Positions 46,301 through 57,697 of a DNA stretch of 64,000 nt are shown in pieces (within the stretch, counting starts at the first letter, position 1; each line of letters opens with the position of its first letter). Made by a program: the position numbers and the translations under genes. The notes under the pieces were generated by a model. That model saw nothing but the letters and a program-made list of their open reading frames with translations, did no database searches and had not been told where the DNA came from. The DNA is from Eukaryota sp. TZLM1-RC (lineage: Eukaryota; Protista; Metamonada: BaSk clade). Location of the stretch: NCBI GenBank assembly GCA_040285825.1, contig JAUPSS010000009.1, positions 124,001-188,000 of the forward strand, in the 5' to 3' direction.

Positions 46301-47406
46301 GAAATTTTTGAGAGTGATCCCCTATTGATCTCTTCATCACTAGTGAAGGCAAGGTCTTGTACTGAAAATAAAACATTCTTCGCATTAAGAACAAACAATT
46401 CAAAAATACTGATTTCAAATGACTTAAATGATTTGGTATTTAAAAGGAATCTAGGAATTTTTAATTCTAAATTAAAGATATCAAGACCAAATTTAAAAGA
46501 GAATTCCACTAAAGTTATGGACAAATCTAATGAATAGTTAGAGTTTTTTAATTCCTTTTCAACTTCAATATTTAAATTTTCGTCAAATTTTGATGCAAGA
46601 TAGACAGGTGTCGAGACTGAGTTCCTACCATTTGATGTCGACTTGGAAGAGCTCACTGGTGACGTAGAACTGAAAAATTCACCTTCCAAAAATTCCATCA
46701 AGAGATCAAATTGATCTGATAACGTCATTTGAACTTCAAAATTTGACAGTGTTACATCTAGTCTAAGATCCTTAATTGCTTCATTCAAAACACAACATGA
46801 TTCTAAAGAATTTAAGGTCAAAAATGGGTAGGTGACATCCTGGTCGTGAATTTTCAAACAAAGTCCTGACACTTCTATTGACTTTGAGAGACTTTTGTGA
46901 CATTTAGCTAGTAAATCAGAAGAACGATCTATGGCTATCCTGTCAATTGCTAAACTTATCCATTTAGTAAATGTAGAGCCTATACAAGGACGTAAAGAGA
47001 GGGAAAGAGAGTCAATAGAAAGGGAAGATGATGCTAACAACTTCCTTGAGACAAAGTTTGTTATCAAAGTTGCAATAGTAGAAGGTAGGGAATTCGTATG
47101 TACAGAGGCCCCTGGAGCTTCAGCAACCTTTGATTGGATCTTGTCAAATAAGGAAAAGAAATGTGGAGAGGGACATGCTGTAATAGAAAGGTTCTTAATG
47201 GAAACATTGGTTTTAACAATAGAAGCATGAATCAGATCAGCTTTACATTCCAGAAATGTTAAAGGTAGCTCAGCATTGGCGTTGAGCCAATCAACATCAA
47301 TTTGAGCATTGGGTATTGAAACTGCACCACTCAGAGAAATAGAACTGCTTTGTATGGTAGATGTGTGTATAAATGGCAGCTTTCGCAGAACATAATGTAG
47401 AAGCAT
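43336..47406 (-). CDS. Large beta-rich protein, probable ATG2/chorein-N lipid transfer protein
   Basis: Chorein-N-like start (LLHYVLRK...IDVDWLN..LPLTF) and ATG2-like late segment (ISHLKVSSVVLDFSWIPR...QLINSF). 1356-aa open frame. Confidence 0.55.
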   Translation of the reverse strand: MLLHYVLRKLPFIHTSTIQSSSISLSGAVSIPNAQIDVDWLNANAELPLTFLECKADLIHASIVKTNVSIKNLSITACPSPHFFSLFDKIQSKVAEAPGASVHTNSLPSTIATLITNFVSRKLLASSSLSIDSLSLSLRPCIGSTFTKWISLAIDRIAIDRSSDLLAKCHKSLSKSIEVSGLCLKIHDQDVTYPFLTLNSLESCCVLNEAIKDLRLDVTLSNFEVQMTLSDQFDLLMEFLEGEFFSSTSPVSSSKSTSNGRNSVSTPVYLASKFDENLNIEVEKELKNSNYSLDLSITLVEFSFKFGLDIFNLELKIPRFLLNTKSFKSFEISIFELFVLNAKNVLFSVQDLAFTSDEEINRGSLSKISTFLTVEILRSFQVYSNLIQSLFDYALRSRLFNWVNNQSKVKEGQHYQESIESSKFKKFEICVNQISIFLSSPNSLNRNALVLIENLLAKSEILMSSIDLDLSIGLSLENSMCDATLFFSKLPLNIIIETTNEKGSQGILPPKFPPDKIFSKEGPVTAQNFDSAPPKAQFETDLHGIMLQQDFFKNNNNLKIEIYCKDMEISINQFNGSAFSKFLHLINAVLTVDLVIPLKFSWKYYQEIIQSISQSNSSEGQNIEQNTSLNTLISINISSFKFKIGHFYSYLLVNLYPIDLKVCQSTFVNLFGIIQNCQVFSSARFDLFEPSSPSSSCASMCSEISDLDQFVSPPSSPRKPTLSGQNTSSPLIENDGPCFAEVFKIIESFSDQSSTFQPFCTISVSDSNQIRLRLSNLSIVPPELSQFSTLLDSLFHNQGPLQWFTMDGPELTVADVPPANIDLDVIIVDCYACQNATIGSDKCCLSFLIEGSRFILNLSHNDDVELVTVNAILSSLGILLKSCDFLTYDCSESPPNDESNVLAKLVDDSFKIVCSLSGMELSFLALNHGWMVKSLESTSQVYIDSSAESINLIDKIVSQIGSKGSNSTSDDEIFDPPIIEPFNNTPFFNDSKSVPDQSLRSLIQDIPDLIRQESSRLSNSDYTLALSADHSQLSNLIDDCYLLRSRRDHQSKIYKLTENCLAVNIKVHSISICIRGCCGPEVPPLCSLIKGIPFFGNQSFSFDDYIILTVTSPQFRALIPLAPTKTSSIQTLFQCKSIAAQSKISGSAVEIFNLVSPAEDVALSTEVVLSLFEQKQLSLSVNMACMTLKVNSDVVEFFLSFYRSISMSSGSSGSPSSSNPLLISHLKVSSVVLDFSWIPRRNVARGMVKVFSERSFSQLINSFGIYHYHIYFKPFEAFSNIPVQAGLHYSPNSTHVLNLIKSFSLLGRFRTMISDVDDVLELLGKGKSGADSVIAGAFSMIFTIWASLIRLFTRGS

Positions 47407-47677
47407 ATACTGAATGTGAAGATTAGCAAGTTGCGAAAAGTAGTTTATCTTTTCACTTTGGCCTCAAATGAATGAGTGGAATCTCCACAAAATGATTGAA
47501 AAAGATATCAAAGGTTTTGGAGCCTAACAATGCTCTTCACCATTCCAACTCAAAAGGTATTCTTGGAAATTGATTCAAATTCGTCAATCAATTTCAAAAT
47601 TAATTAAGAAGTAGTTAATATTGAAATTAATGTCATCCAAAGTATTTCACTCAAACAAAAAGATACATTCACCAGAT

Positions 47678-49102
47678 TTATTTATCGACAAACGGCAAAG
47701 CATCAAAAACTCCACCATTCCTCAACTCAGGTTTAATATAAGGAAGATTAAAAAACTTAAAAACTTCCTCTTCCGAACTAAAAACAAGTTCTGATTCTAA
47801 ACAGGTCCTCGTCAGTTTGCAGACTTCATCAGACTGTTCTTTCGTTGACCTTTCTGCCAATGATTTATTACTCAAAGAATAACCTCTTCTTCTCGCCAAA
47901 TAACGCAAACTTCTGTTAAAATGGCCAGAACCAGTCAATCCTAGTAATTGCAATGTATGTTCATTTTCGTTAGCAAAGAAAATATCGATTCTTCGGGGTA
48001 TTGAATTTGGAAGTTTAACTACACCCAAATAACGTCTATCAGAAACTGAAAGATCATCAATTAAAACTGATTGATTCTTAAGGCCAGTTATAAATTCCCC
48101 AATCTTTTTAGCTACCAAGTTTGGATCTAAATCATTAAAAAAGGTAACCAAAAGATCACAGTCCCCGCTGCTTTCATGGCCTCTTCTATAAGAGCCAACA
48201 AGTTCAACTGATTGAAAAACATCGTTAAATTCAGAAAAAAGCACTGAAATGCTGTGAAGAATATCTTCTAATTCAGACCTAGGAATTCGTTTAAGAAAAT
48301 CTTCAAAATACTTCAACCCAATTTTCTGATGATGATTCAACAGTTTGTAAACCTCGTCTTTAAACAAATCTTCAATACCTGTTACCCCCTTCTTAATCAA
48401 TTCCTCCGCAATAGAAGGTCCTATTCCTGACACAGTTTGAAGTTGTTGTTTGATTTTGGTCTCACCATCTAATTGCTCAGCCCGAAGCAACACCCCAGTA
48501 GTGAGTATTTCATTGACTTTATCAAGAGTTTTTTCCCCAATGCCAGGAATACCTTCTAACTGAGTGATGTTCGTTACTTTGAAGGGTAGTTTGGCAATCT
48601 GAGAAGCTGCTTTCTTATTTGCCATTGATCGGTACTGACCTCCTGTAATGACATCCTTTCGTAGACTGGCAATCTCACTCATTCGAAGAAGGGGAGCAGT
48701 GATGTGCTCATTGAGGTTCACGGCAGAGGTTTCCATGGATGCAGAACTACGTCGCTTTCTGGTGAGAGGAGGTGACTGGGAGGCTTGGTGGTGGTGTTGG
48801 AGTTGAACGGGGGGCTTCTCTGTAATTTTAAAGATTGATGAAGTGACTTCAGGAGGGAAATCAGTGGTTGGGAGGATAGATTGGGCTTTGATGCAAGCAG
48901 AAATCCAGGAGTGGGAAGCGACATTTGCTGTTGATGGTATTGAAAGTTGAGAAGTATCAGATGTTATAACATGGGTCACTTCAGAATCGGAGGGTGAATG
49001 GCAAAGTGTACCATCATTCTTTGTGACCAGATTTTGTAGTATCTTCAGCCTATTTGGAGTAACAGAACGTCGATCCAGATATATGGACAAATTACGAAAC
49101 AT
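47678..49102 (-). CDS. Family X DNA polymerase with N-terminal BRCT (Pol lambda/mu-like)
   Basis: BRCT (THVI..SWISAC), GIPGIGEK and GIGP HhH, GSYRRG..SGDCD, RRIDI, TGSGHFNR, YIKPELR. Confidence 0.93.
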   Translation of the reverse strand: MFRNLSIYLDRRSVTPNRLKILQNLVTKNDGTLCHSPSDSEVTHVITSDTSQLSIPSTANVASHSWISACIKAQSILPTTDFPPEVTSSIFKITEKPPVQLQHHHQASQSPPLTRKRRSSASMETSAVNLNEHITAPLLRMSEIASLRKDVITGGQYRSMANKKAASQIAKLPFKVTNITQLEGIPGIGEKTLDKVNEILTTGVLLRAEQLDGETKIKQQLQTVSGIGPSIAEELIKKGVTGIEDLFKDEVYKLLNHHQKIGLKYFEDFLKRIPRSELEDILHSISVLFSEFNDVFQSVELVGSYRRGHESSGDCDLLVTFFNDLDPNLVAKKIGEFITGLKNQSVLIDDLSVSDRRYLGVVKLPNSIPRRIDIFFANENEHTLQLLGLTGSGHFNRSLRYLARRRGYSLSNKSLAERSTKEQSDEVCKLTRTCLESELVFSSEEEVFKFFNLPYIKPELRNGGVFDALPFVDK

Positions 49103-49150
49103 GTCATTGAATGATAGTTTTGAAACAATGTATAGTTTTGAAGTTAAAAA

Positions 49151-49955
49151 ATGAGATTATATTTGAATATCCCCATTATCGTCCCATTAGTTATGATTTA
49201 ATTTAATCAAGTGTGCAAATTCAATAAATTAATATTTAAATATCCCCATTAATCAATTATTATCAAGAGAAAAATGTATTTGTTCGAATTCACCTCAACT
49301 CACTTTGCGTCATGCTCTGAATTGTGCTAAATTGATAACTTATCGTTCTTCATTACATGATGCTGTTAGAGACACTGTTTTCAATATGGCACAAACTGCA
49401 AGAATATCGTGTATCAAAGAACACTTTCTCTGAATAATTTTGGTTCTGATGATAGAGGTGATGTATACTGTGATTGGATTGATAACTCTGAAGCTATTGT
49501 TGACTTTGTCTCATGTAATCTTACAAATGATACTTTGGTTCAAAGAAGAAAACTTAATCCTGTGAGTTCTCTTGATTTTAAAGCAAAAGAAAAACATAGA
49601 AAATATGATAAAGATATTGAAGAAGCTAATGCTGTACAAATACACAGCTAGTTTTTATTGCTTTCTCATTCTCGATAAACGGAAGATTATCAGCTGAAGC
49701 AGAAATTTGTTTGAATGACTTCCAAAAAATGGTTCAAGAAAAAACAATGAAAAGATTTGATATTTTTTTATGGCGTTCTCGAATTCAATTTGCCATTATT
49801 AATAGATTGCCTCGGTTTTTCAATCGTATAAGGGAAGCTTTTGCTAGACAGCAAGCAGATCAAGATTTTGTAGAGGAAATCTTGGTTCAATGATATTCGT
49901 CCCATTAGTTATGAATTAATTTAATTAAGTGTGCATGTTCAATAAATATTTATTA
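49151..49955 (+). mobile_element. RLE retrotransposon family 1 with a nested 53-nt 3'-end fragment of the same family
   Basis: 14-bp TSD TTTGAAGTTAAAAA (49137-49150, 49956-49969). The nested 3' UTR at 49179-49231 is flanked by a 20-bp duplication (49159-49178, 49232-49251; 1 mismatch). Confidence 0.85.
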
Positions 49956-49969
49956 TTTGAAGTTAAAAA

Positions 49970-50815
49970 CTATACATCTTATACATTATCTACATTATAC
50001 ATCTAGAACGATTCTCAATTATGGTTTGATTGAATTTTTTGTTAAACAACAAAATGAAACAGAACAACATATTGAGCTTTCATTTGGATTGTTTAGGTTT
50101 TCCTCTTCAACACAATTCCAAAAACAATTTCGACGGCTTTTTAAAATTGTATGTAGATGAGAAATCATCAATTAATGTTGTTCTAATAATTGTCCATATT
50201 GTTCTTGTGTCAATAGGAAAATCTCCAGGACCTACAATTGTTGAAACAGGAGAAAGATGATAAGGTTTTCTCTTTCTACTGGAAATATATTGGGCAATTG
50301 TAATTGCTGGTTTTAGGAATATTTGACGATCTTTTACAACAACGTCCGCAAGAAAATGTATATACACTGGAAATATGTTATCAACTAAATTCTCGTCAGT
50401 GACCAAATTTTTAATTTGGAAAGTAAATGGTTCAATAAGACCTTCAAATATGTCTCTACATTCATTATTTTTCTATATCATTTTGTTCACATAAATCGAA
50501 AAATTCATCATTTAGAAGGTGTGAAATAATTTCAGGATGATGAAACAAGGAACTCAAGCAATCTTTATGATCAAATAAAAACATGTTTTTGAATTAACGA
50601 AGCCTAAATCTCATTAGTGAAAAAATTGTAAATAATAGCGTTGATTATCCACCTAGTTTGTGCATTTCTGCTAACACATTTTCCACATATGGTTTTTTCC
50701 AAATTAACAATAATAAAACGATTGATATGTTTTTCATGATGTAATTTCAAATTATTCTCAAAATTGGCAAACATTACTGGTGCCATATACTCAGGTGGAC
50801 TACTGAAGTTATCAG
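49970..50815 (-). pseudogene. Fanzor-like family C, middle region (5' part at 57698-58440)
   Basis: FENNLKLHHEKHINRFI and YHLSPVSTIVGPGDFPIDTRTIW resemble Fanzor1 REC/WED motifs. No RuvC seen. Confidence 0.45.
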
Positions 50816-50936
50816 TGTAGGTACCTCACTAGTGAGTACCTAAGTATATTGAATAACATTAAATAAAATTATCTTTATCTTAACCCGCCTTAACTAACCC
50901 ATATATACACAGCTAGCATAATGCCTAACGGCAACA
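50816..50936 (+). repeat. 5' LTR (121 bp)
   Basis: Identical to 57577-57697. Confidence 0.95.
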
Positions 50937-53900
50937 ATAATTATTGTGCGTCACAGGCACACCACACACCAAACAGCAACAGCGCTGTAAACAACAAAAA
51001 GATGTCTGGGGTATGTCAGACATCTCTCAGAGGAGACCTTTCTAACCCTCCTCTTTACATAATTTCGAGTACAATGAGTGCTCCAACAAAGGAAACGAGT
51101 ACCCCTCCTTCCTCAACGAGTTCGGATGTAGTTCATCCCACTCCTGGTCAAACGAGTTCGAGTTTTTCACACTCCACTCATAGTACAACAAGTTCGGGTG
51201 GAAACCCCACTACCATTCACACGAGCGGAGATCCTCGACTCCCTCCTCCAAATCCGAGTTCGGGTCAAAACCCCACTCCTAACCAAACTCTTTCGGAGGT
51301 AACCCCTCCCACCCAAAACGCCCATTCAACGGCTACCACAGCCCTGACTACGGCCAAGGTCTCGCAGGATAAACCTCCTGCCACTGACCCAGAATTAGAA
51401 GCGCTACTTGCCACTTTCTCAAAAGAAGAAAGTGAGAAACAAGAGCCAACAGACTTTGTGGAGTCTCTCCCTTCAGATACGTCCCTGTACCCAGACTTAG
51501 ACAACTGTGTTTCGGTACAAACCTTAAACGAGACTTTAGAAGGATTCAGGGAAGTTCCCCTCACCTCACAAGTCCTTAAAAACTCTGTAGAGCTTCTTGA
51601 CCAAGAAAGCAAGGAGTTGACGGGTAGACCTGCTGAACGCAGAATACGTCTATCCCCACTAGACTCCTCCTATAGATCCATCATGTCCAAGCTTCGCGCC
51701 GACAGATTCGATTTTATTGGAAGAAAGGCCACCCTCGATATATATGATTTTAGAATACGGTGGTTGGAGGTCATGGAGTATGGTCGAGACTTCTCTAACA
51801 ATTTGGATGGACCCGAGAACATACACCTCCTACCAGACTGGTTTAGGCCAGGTCTGGACAAAATTTATGAAGTCAACAGCACATCTGGAGTGGATTATAC
51901 GGTAGTAAGAGAGGTTTACGAATGCTACCCATCGTCATCAAACCCTGATCTCGTTGAGATGAGACCCGCATCTCAGCCGTTCAGGCTAATTTTCGTCGAA
52001 CAAGGAGTCACCTTCAAACGAGATCATGCCAACATGAAAACGGCAGTCATCTCCACCTATAGGTCTCCCCCCAACCACCACAATGTACAAATTGGGGACA
52101 CTTGGGTTAATAACAAGGCTTTCGCCTTCACCCCAATATTAGGTATAGAGGATACGCCTTTCCAAAGCATTAGACCTTTCAGGCCATCCATCCAACTCAA
52201 CATTCAAGAGGAACCGAAACCTCTTCAGAAACTACAAATTGACCAACTACCGCAGCCTGGTAATCAGGACATTTCTATGGAAGTCCTCACCATCCAACCA
52301 TCGGACACATCTGTCCCAATGGAAGAATCGACCTCACGTCAAACAGGTCCAGGATTGAGCAGACAAGATCTCTCTTCATCTCGGTCAGATACATCATCTG
52401 GAATTCATGACCCTCGACAAGTCCTAGATTTAAACTTACAATCCCACGTTGGATACCATTATAGAACAAAGGCTGTAGAACACGAAACGCTCCATGAGCC
52501 CCCCAGACTCGAGTTCCCAGAAACTCAAATGAAAATAGTACATTTCCTACTGGAATTCGCTCTCTGGGACAATACAGGCAGAGGAGGAACGACAAACGTC
52601 GATACAATAGAAATGCCTCAAACAAGTTCAGCTCAGCAACAGAAACAAATAGCTGACATGGTCAACAGTCTATCTCAGTTACTAGCAATACAGGGAGGCG
52701 CTACAACCGAGATACAACAACAAATAGATTCGTTAAAGTCTCAGCTCGAGTCGCTTCGGACGCCCAAAATTTACAGAATAGACCCCAACTTCATTCAGAA
52801 AATAGGGCCACCTATTCACGCATACGACCTCTTCAGGTCCATCTTAGCGACAACCAACCCCGTGGGAATTTCGGGTTGCATTAGCGCAAGGATAATTTCC
52901 TTTTGGAAACAGCAACAGATCCTTAGCATGGAACCTACAGACGCAGAAATTCTACTGCTTCTTTGTAGGAGGAGCCAATTCAACTCGCTCCACGACGCCA
53001 AACTAGCTCTCCACAAACCCCAATTCAATTGGCGTAAAGTCAATTCAATCGAAGACGCGGAAAGGGAGTTTGCTATATACATGGAAAATTTTGGAGACAT
53101 CCTGAGAATGTCGACATACATCACTGATGTATCAGCCAGGATCGAAGATGTGGTTCACTCGAGCGGAGTATTCACTCTTCCAATGTCAACAGTGGCCCAT
53201 GCCTTTTTAACAGGCATTAACAACTTGGCCTTCACTGAGCCACTGTTCGAAGAATTTTGCAAAGAGAGCTACTGGAAGGACAAGCTAGTGAGCTTCCCCA
53301 AATTAACAAGGAAGGTAAGAAATGACCTATTAACTTGGATGAAGGTTGCACAAAATAGGGAAACGGTCCAGCTATTGAGGAAAGCTGCGTCCAGACCCAA
53401 GATAGAAACAGGTGATTTCCACACCTCAGCAGGAAAAAAGAGAACAAGCCAACCAGACTCATCCATCCCAAATCTAAAAAAAGAGAAACATTACAGAGGG
53501 GGCCACAAATTCTGCACCTTCTGTCAGAAGGCTGGTCATGTAATTGCAGAATGTGAAGACCCCGGATGTACCAGATCTCTGGTCCCATTAGACCAACGAA
53601 GAAGCGCCGGCAGAAGTAGAGGCCGAGGAAAACCATTTAGAGGTAGTTATAATAGTTTCAAATATAGTCAAAGAGGCCATAGTAGAGGCCAAGGTAGATT
53701 TAGGGGCCGAGGTGGCCGTGGTACGAGAGGAAATAAACATCGTGCATATATGTTTCATATACACCAATCATCGCACGCTACAGCTCCCGAATTGAGCCAC
53801 ACTTATACAACCAGCCAATCGGAACATCCAGCTCAAGCATCCCTCTTAAATCCACTCTCTTTCGGTAATGATAATAAAGTAGATAAATATTTGAGTTTAA

Positions 53901-56900
53901 ACAGTTTAGAAAGAGATTTATGCAATCGAGCAGATGAATCTGCACCTTGTATGAACCACAACAGATCCAAGCAGCCTCAGTTCTTAGAGCTTCAGGTTAG
54001 AATCAACGATACGGTCATAAAAGGCATGATAGACACAGCTGCATTTTGTTCTGTCATTTCCCTCGACCTAGCAAATCGGTGTTCAATGTCCATAAATGAA
54101 AACGATATAACACAATTCATCCCTGCTAGCAATGTATCAACGAATTCGCTTGGGAGTGCACAAGGCATTCTGACGTTCAATGTTGGTAGCATCGCGAACC
54201 AAGTATCAATAAATCATACTCTCCCCATTATACCAGGTTCGAACAAATTTTTAATTGGGGTAGACATGTTACAACAACTTGGGCTACTGACATCTGACCG
54301 TTTAGTTATTTTACTAGACGAAGAGCGCCGCACCCTGCTAAATGCTGAAGCCATTTTTGATAACAGAATTAAAACTCACCAAATTGGCCACGTAGAATCA
54401 ACTTCTTGCAGTGAAGAAGATTTTACTCAGCAATTAGATAGATCTGGATGTGAGATTAATTTAGATGATAGTGAGTATAATAAGAGTTTGTCTGATATAT
54501 TAGCTCAATACAAAGACGTATTCAGCGAAAAGCCCAATAAAGATGGAATCGATTGTCCACCCATGACGATCCCCTTCTACAATACTAATACAATTGTACA
54601 TAAACCAGCTCGGGGCCTCAACCCAAAGAAATTACAAATAGCCAATCAGATTTTTGAGGAATTGATTGAAATGGGCTATGCAATTGAATCGAACTACAAG
54701 TTCAGTTCCCCAATAGTATTAGTGATATACCCTGATGATCGAAAACCTAGGTTGACGGGCGACTTCAGTGGTAAAGATGGAGTTAACGCTCATACAATTC
54801 CGGTCGAGTCTAACTTACCATTAATTTCAGATGTTTTGGAATTTCTGAGTCAGGCCAATTTTATTGCCACTTTGGATCTTCCAAAAGCTTTTTGGCAAAT
54901 GAAAGTAGCCGACGAAGATGTTGAAAAGACATCTATCTCTATTCCTGGCAGATCTATTATGTTTAAAAGGGCATGCTTCGGACTAAAGAATATCCCAGCA
55001 ATTTTTCAAAATGTAATGATGGAAATCTTCCAAATAGAAGGAGTATTTATTTACATCGACGACATAATCATAATAGGATCAACCCTTCAAGAATTCTTTG
55101 ACAGAATACAGAGGGTACTGCAATGCGCAAGGAGTAGAAGAGTCAACATTGGATTGAGAAAATGTAAATTCGTTACTGACAAACAACCAATTGACATTTT
55201 AGGCAGCACTTTCCAATTCAAACAAAGAAGAATTAGCAAAAAAACGAGTAGATGCTTTAATAAACATACCTGCTCCAAAAACAATCAAGGAAGTACGGTC
55301 ATTAGTTGGCTCAGTCAATTTCATAAGAGATTGGCTCCCAAATATTTCACAACTAATAGCACCCATAAATGAGTTAATTAAGCACAAACAACGTCGTGTA
55401 AATTGGGAAGCCAAACACGACCACCTATTAGATCAAATAAAACAACTGATTATTAATCACATGCCTCTGGAATTACCTTCACCAGACAAACGCATTCTGA
55501 TTAGCACCGATGCATCTGACATCGCAGTAGGAGGAGTCATTTGGCAAGAAATCGCACCTTATGCACCCATTGGAACTGCATTAAAAGATAGAAAAGTAAC
55601 ACCAATCTCCTTTTATAGTAGGATTTTAACCGACACTCAAAAGCGTTGGTCTACTTTACAGAAAGAACTATATGCGATACTTTTAATACTAACAGAAAGT
55701 CATCTGGAAAGCTTTCTCATTACTAGACATCTGACCATTTTCACAGATCATAGGAATATTGCATTCCTCGCCACGGCTCCTGAAAAGAACAGAATCGTCA
55801 AAAGATGGTTACCTATCTTATCAGAATTTGACTTTGATATCGTACACGAAAAAGGAGAAGATAATCACTGGGCTGACATGATGTCAAGAAACATAGATAC
55901 AAATTTAGAAAACCCGGAAATAAATCACATCAACTACCCACATGATCCCTTTTGGCACGGTGAAATACCTCCCCCCGACGACGATTCTGATTACGAAGAT
56001 CCAGATCCAATCCACATTTTCGAATTAGCAAAGCACCCAGATTTACCCATTTTTTCAAATTGGCTCTCAAAAGTTAGATCAGAGCAACAACTAGCCATTA
56101 GCAATAATGATCCATTATTCAAAAACGCTACACTATGCAAAAACACAGAAATATGGTTAAATAATAATAATAAAATGATAATCCCGACCAAACTAAGAAA
56201 AACGGCACTCAACCTAATACACGGTTTAACCCAATCAGGCCACCCTAGCAAAAACGAAAGTCTTCATAAACTTTCCAAAAGCGATTTCTACTGGCCAAAC
56301 ATGAGAAAAGATCTCATCAAACATATAGAACGTTGTCCCACTTGCCAGAAAACAGCACCAGTAAAGCAATCAAAGACTCCCTCAACTGGTTCCCTGTGGG
56401 CTAATCGCCCTTTCGCAAGATTAAACGTGGATACAATTGGACCACTCAATAAAGACAACAACGATAATAAATATTTATTAGTTTTCGTCGATTCATTTAC
56501 AAGGTATACAATACTTGTACCTTTAAAAGAACTTAATGCCTTAGAAGTAGCAGATGCTCTGATATGGAATGTCTGCGCTATTTTTGGCATACCTATGTCT
56601 ATACATAGTGATAATGGCCCTGAGTTCGCCAACGAAATATTTAATTTGCTTTGCCAAAGAACGTCAATTGAAATGTCTAAATCAATTCCTTACCATTCTG
56701 AAAGCAATGGATTGGTTGAAAGAAAACATCGAGATGTGATACAATGTATAAGGAAATTATTAATAGATTACAACGACTATGATTCATGGTCCACATATGT
56801 ACCAATAACTCAACTATTAATAAATTCAACCAAAAGTAGGATAACAAATCACACTCCTTACGAACTGATGTTTGGGTCATCTATCAGCCCAAGATCAGAT

Positions 56901-57548
56901 CCTGCTAACATCCTAGGAGGCATTTTCGATTTTGAATCCAATGTACCACTTTTGCAAGACCTCAAATTTAAGAATGATCGTCTTCAAAAGAGATGGGAAG
57001 AAGCAGAGCATCACCAACTATTAAATACCCCCAGTCATACGAAACACATTGATGAAAATACATTTAATATTGGTGACTATATCCTTCGGAAGACTAAACA
57101 GCCTAATAAATTGCATGGATCTTGGTTAGGCCCATATCTGGTTTTAGAAACCCCTTCCAACTCCACTTTATTAATAAAGAACCTGACGACTGGTGAACAA
57201 ACAAAAGTATCTAAAAGGGACTGTAAAATTTATAACGCTGACGATCCTAACGATGTTGATCTACTTAGGGCAATCGCAGCCACAGATTCAGGTAAACATG
57301 TCATCGAAGAAATCCTTGACGAGTATAATACTGCTCAAGGACCCTTCTGTACTGTGAGATGGTTTGGTGGAGATACTACCGAGGAACCACTCCATTCTAT
57401 CAGATATTCAGAAGCGTATCAACGATTTAATAAGAAACCAAATAAGAGAAAACGTAAATCTATTAAATCCAACAACGCAGCTCGGGCTCTCCCCGTGCCT
57501 CAGCAAAAGCGTTATCCGCAGAGGAAGCGGAAGAACAATTGTACATAA
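50921..57548 (+). CDS. Gag-Pol polyprotein, split by one extra A in an A7 run at 55238-55244 (true start possibly 51002 or 51074)
   Basis: CTFCQKAGHVIAEC, RGG tract, MIDTAA, YIDDII, STDASD, H..H..CPTC, VDSFTR/SDNGPEF/NGLVE, GPY, IEEILD..VRWFG. Confidence 0.9.
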
Positions 57549-57576
57549 TTTTAATTAAGAAAACGGGAGAAGGTAG

Positions 57577-57697
57577 TGTAGGTACCTCACTAGTGAGTAC
57601 CTAAGTATATTGAATAACATTAAATAAAATTATCTTTATCTTAACCCGCCTTAACTAACCCATATATACACAGCTAGCATAATGCCTAACGGCAACA
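57577..57697 (+). repeat. 3' LTR (121 bp)
   Basis: Preceded by the polypurine tract AAGAAAACGGGAGAAGGTAG. Confidence 0.95.

Larger units (their letters stand above)
50816..57697 (+). mobile_element. Full-length Ty3/gypsy LTR retrotransposon with chromodomain
   Basis: Identical 121-bp TG..CA LTRs, TSD TCAG (50812-50815, 57698-57701), PPT 57557-57576, gene order gag-PR-RT-RH-IN-chromo. Confidence 0.96.

Noticed and set aside
55238-55244. Programmed ribosomal frameshift in pol
   Set aside because: It lies inside RT rather than at the gag-pol boundary, and one extra A in a homopolymer explains it.
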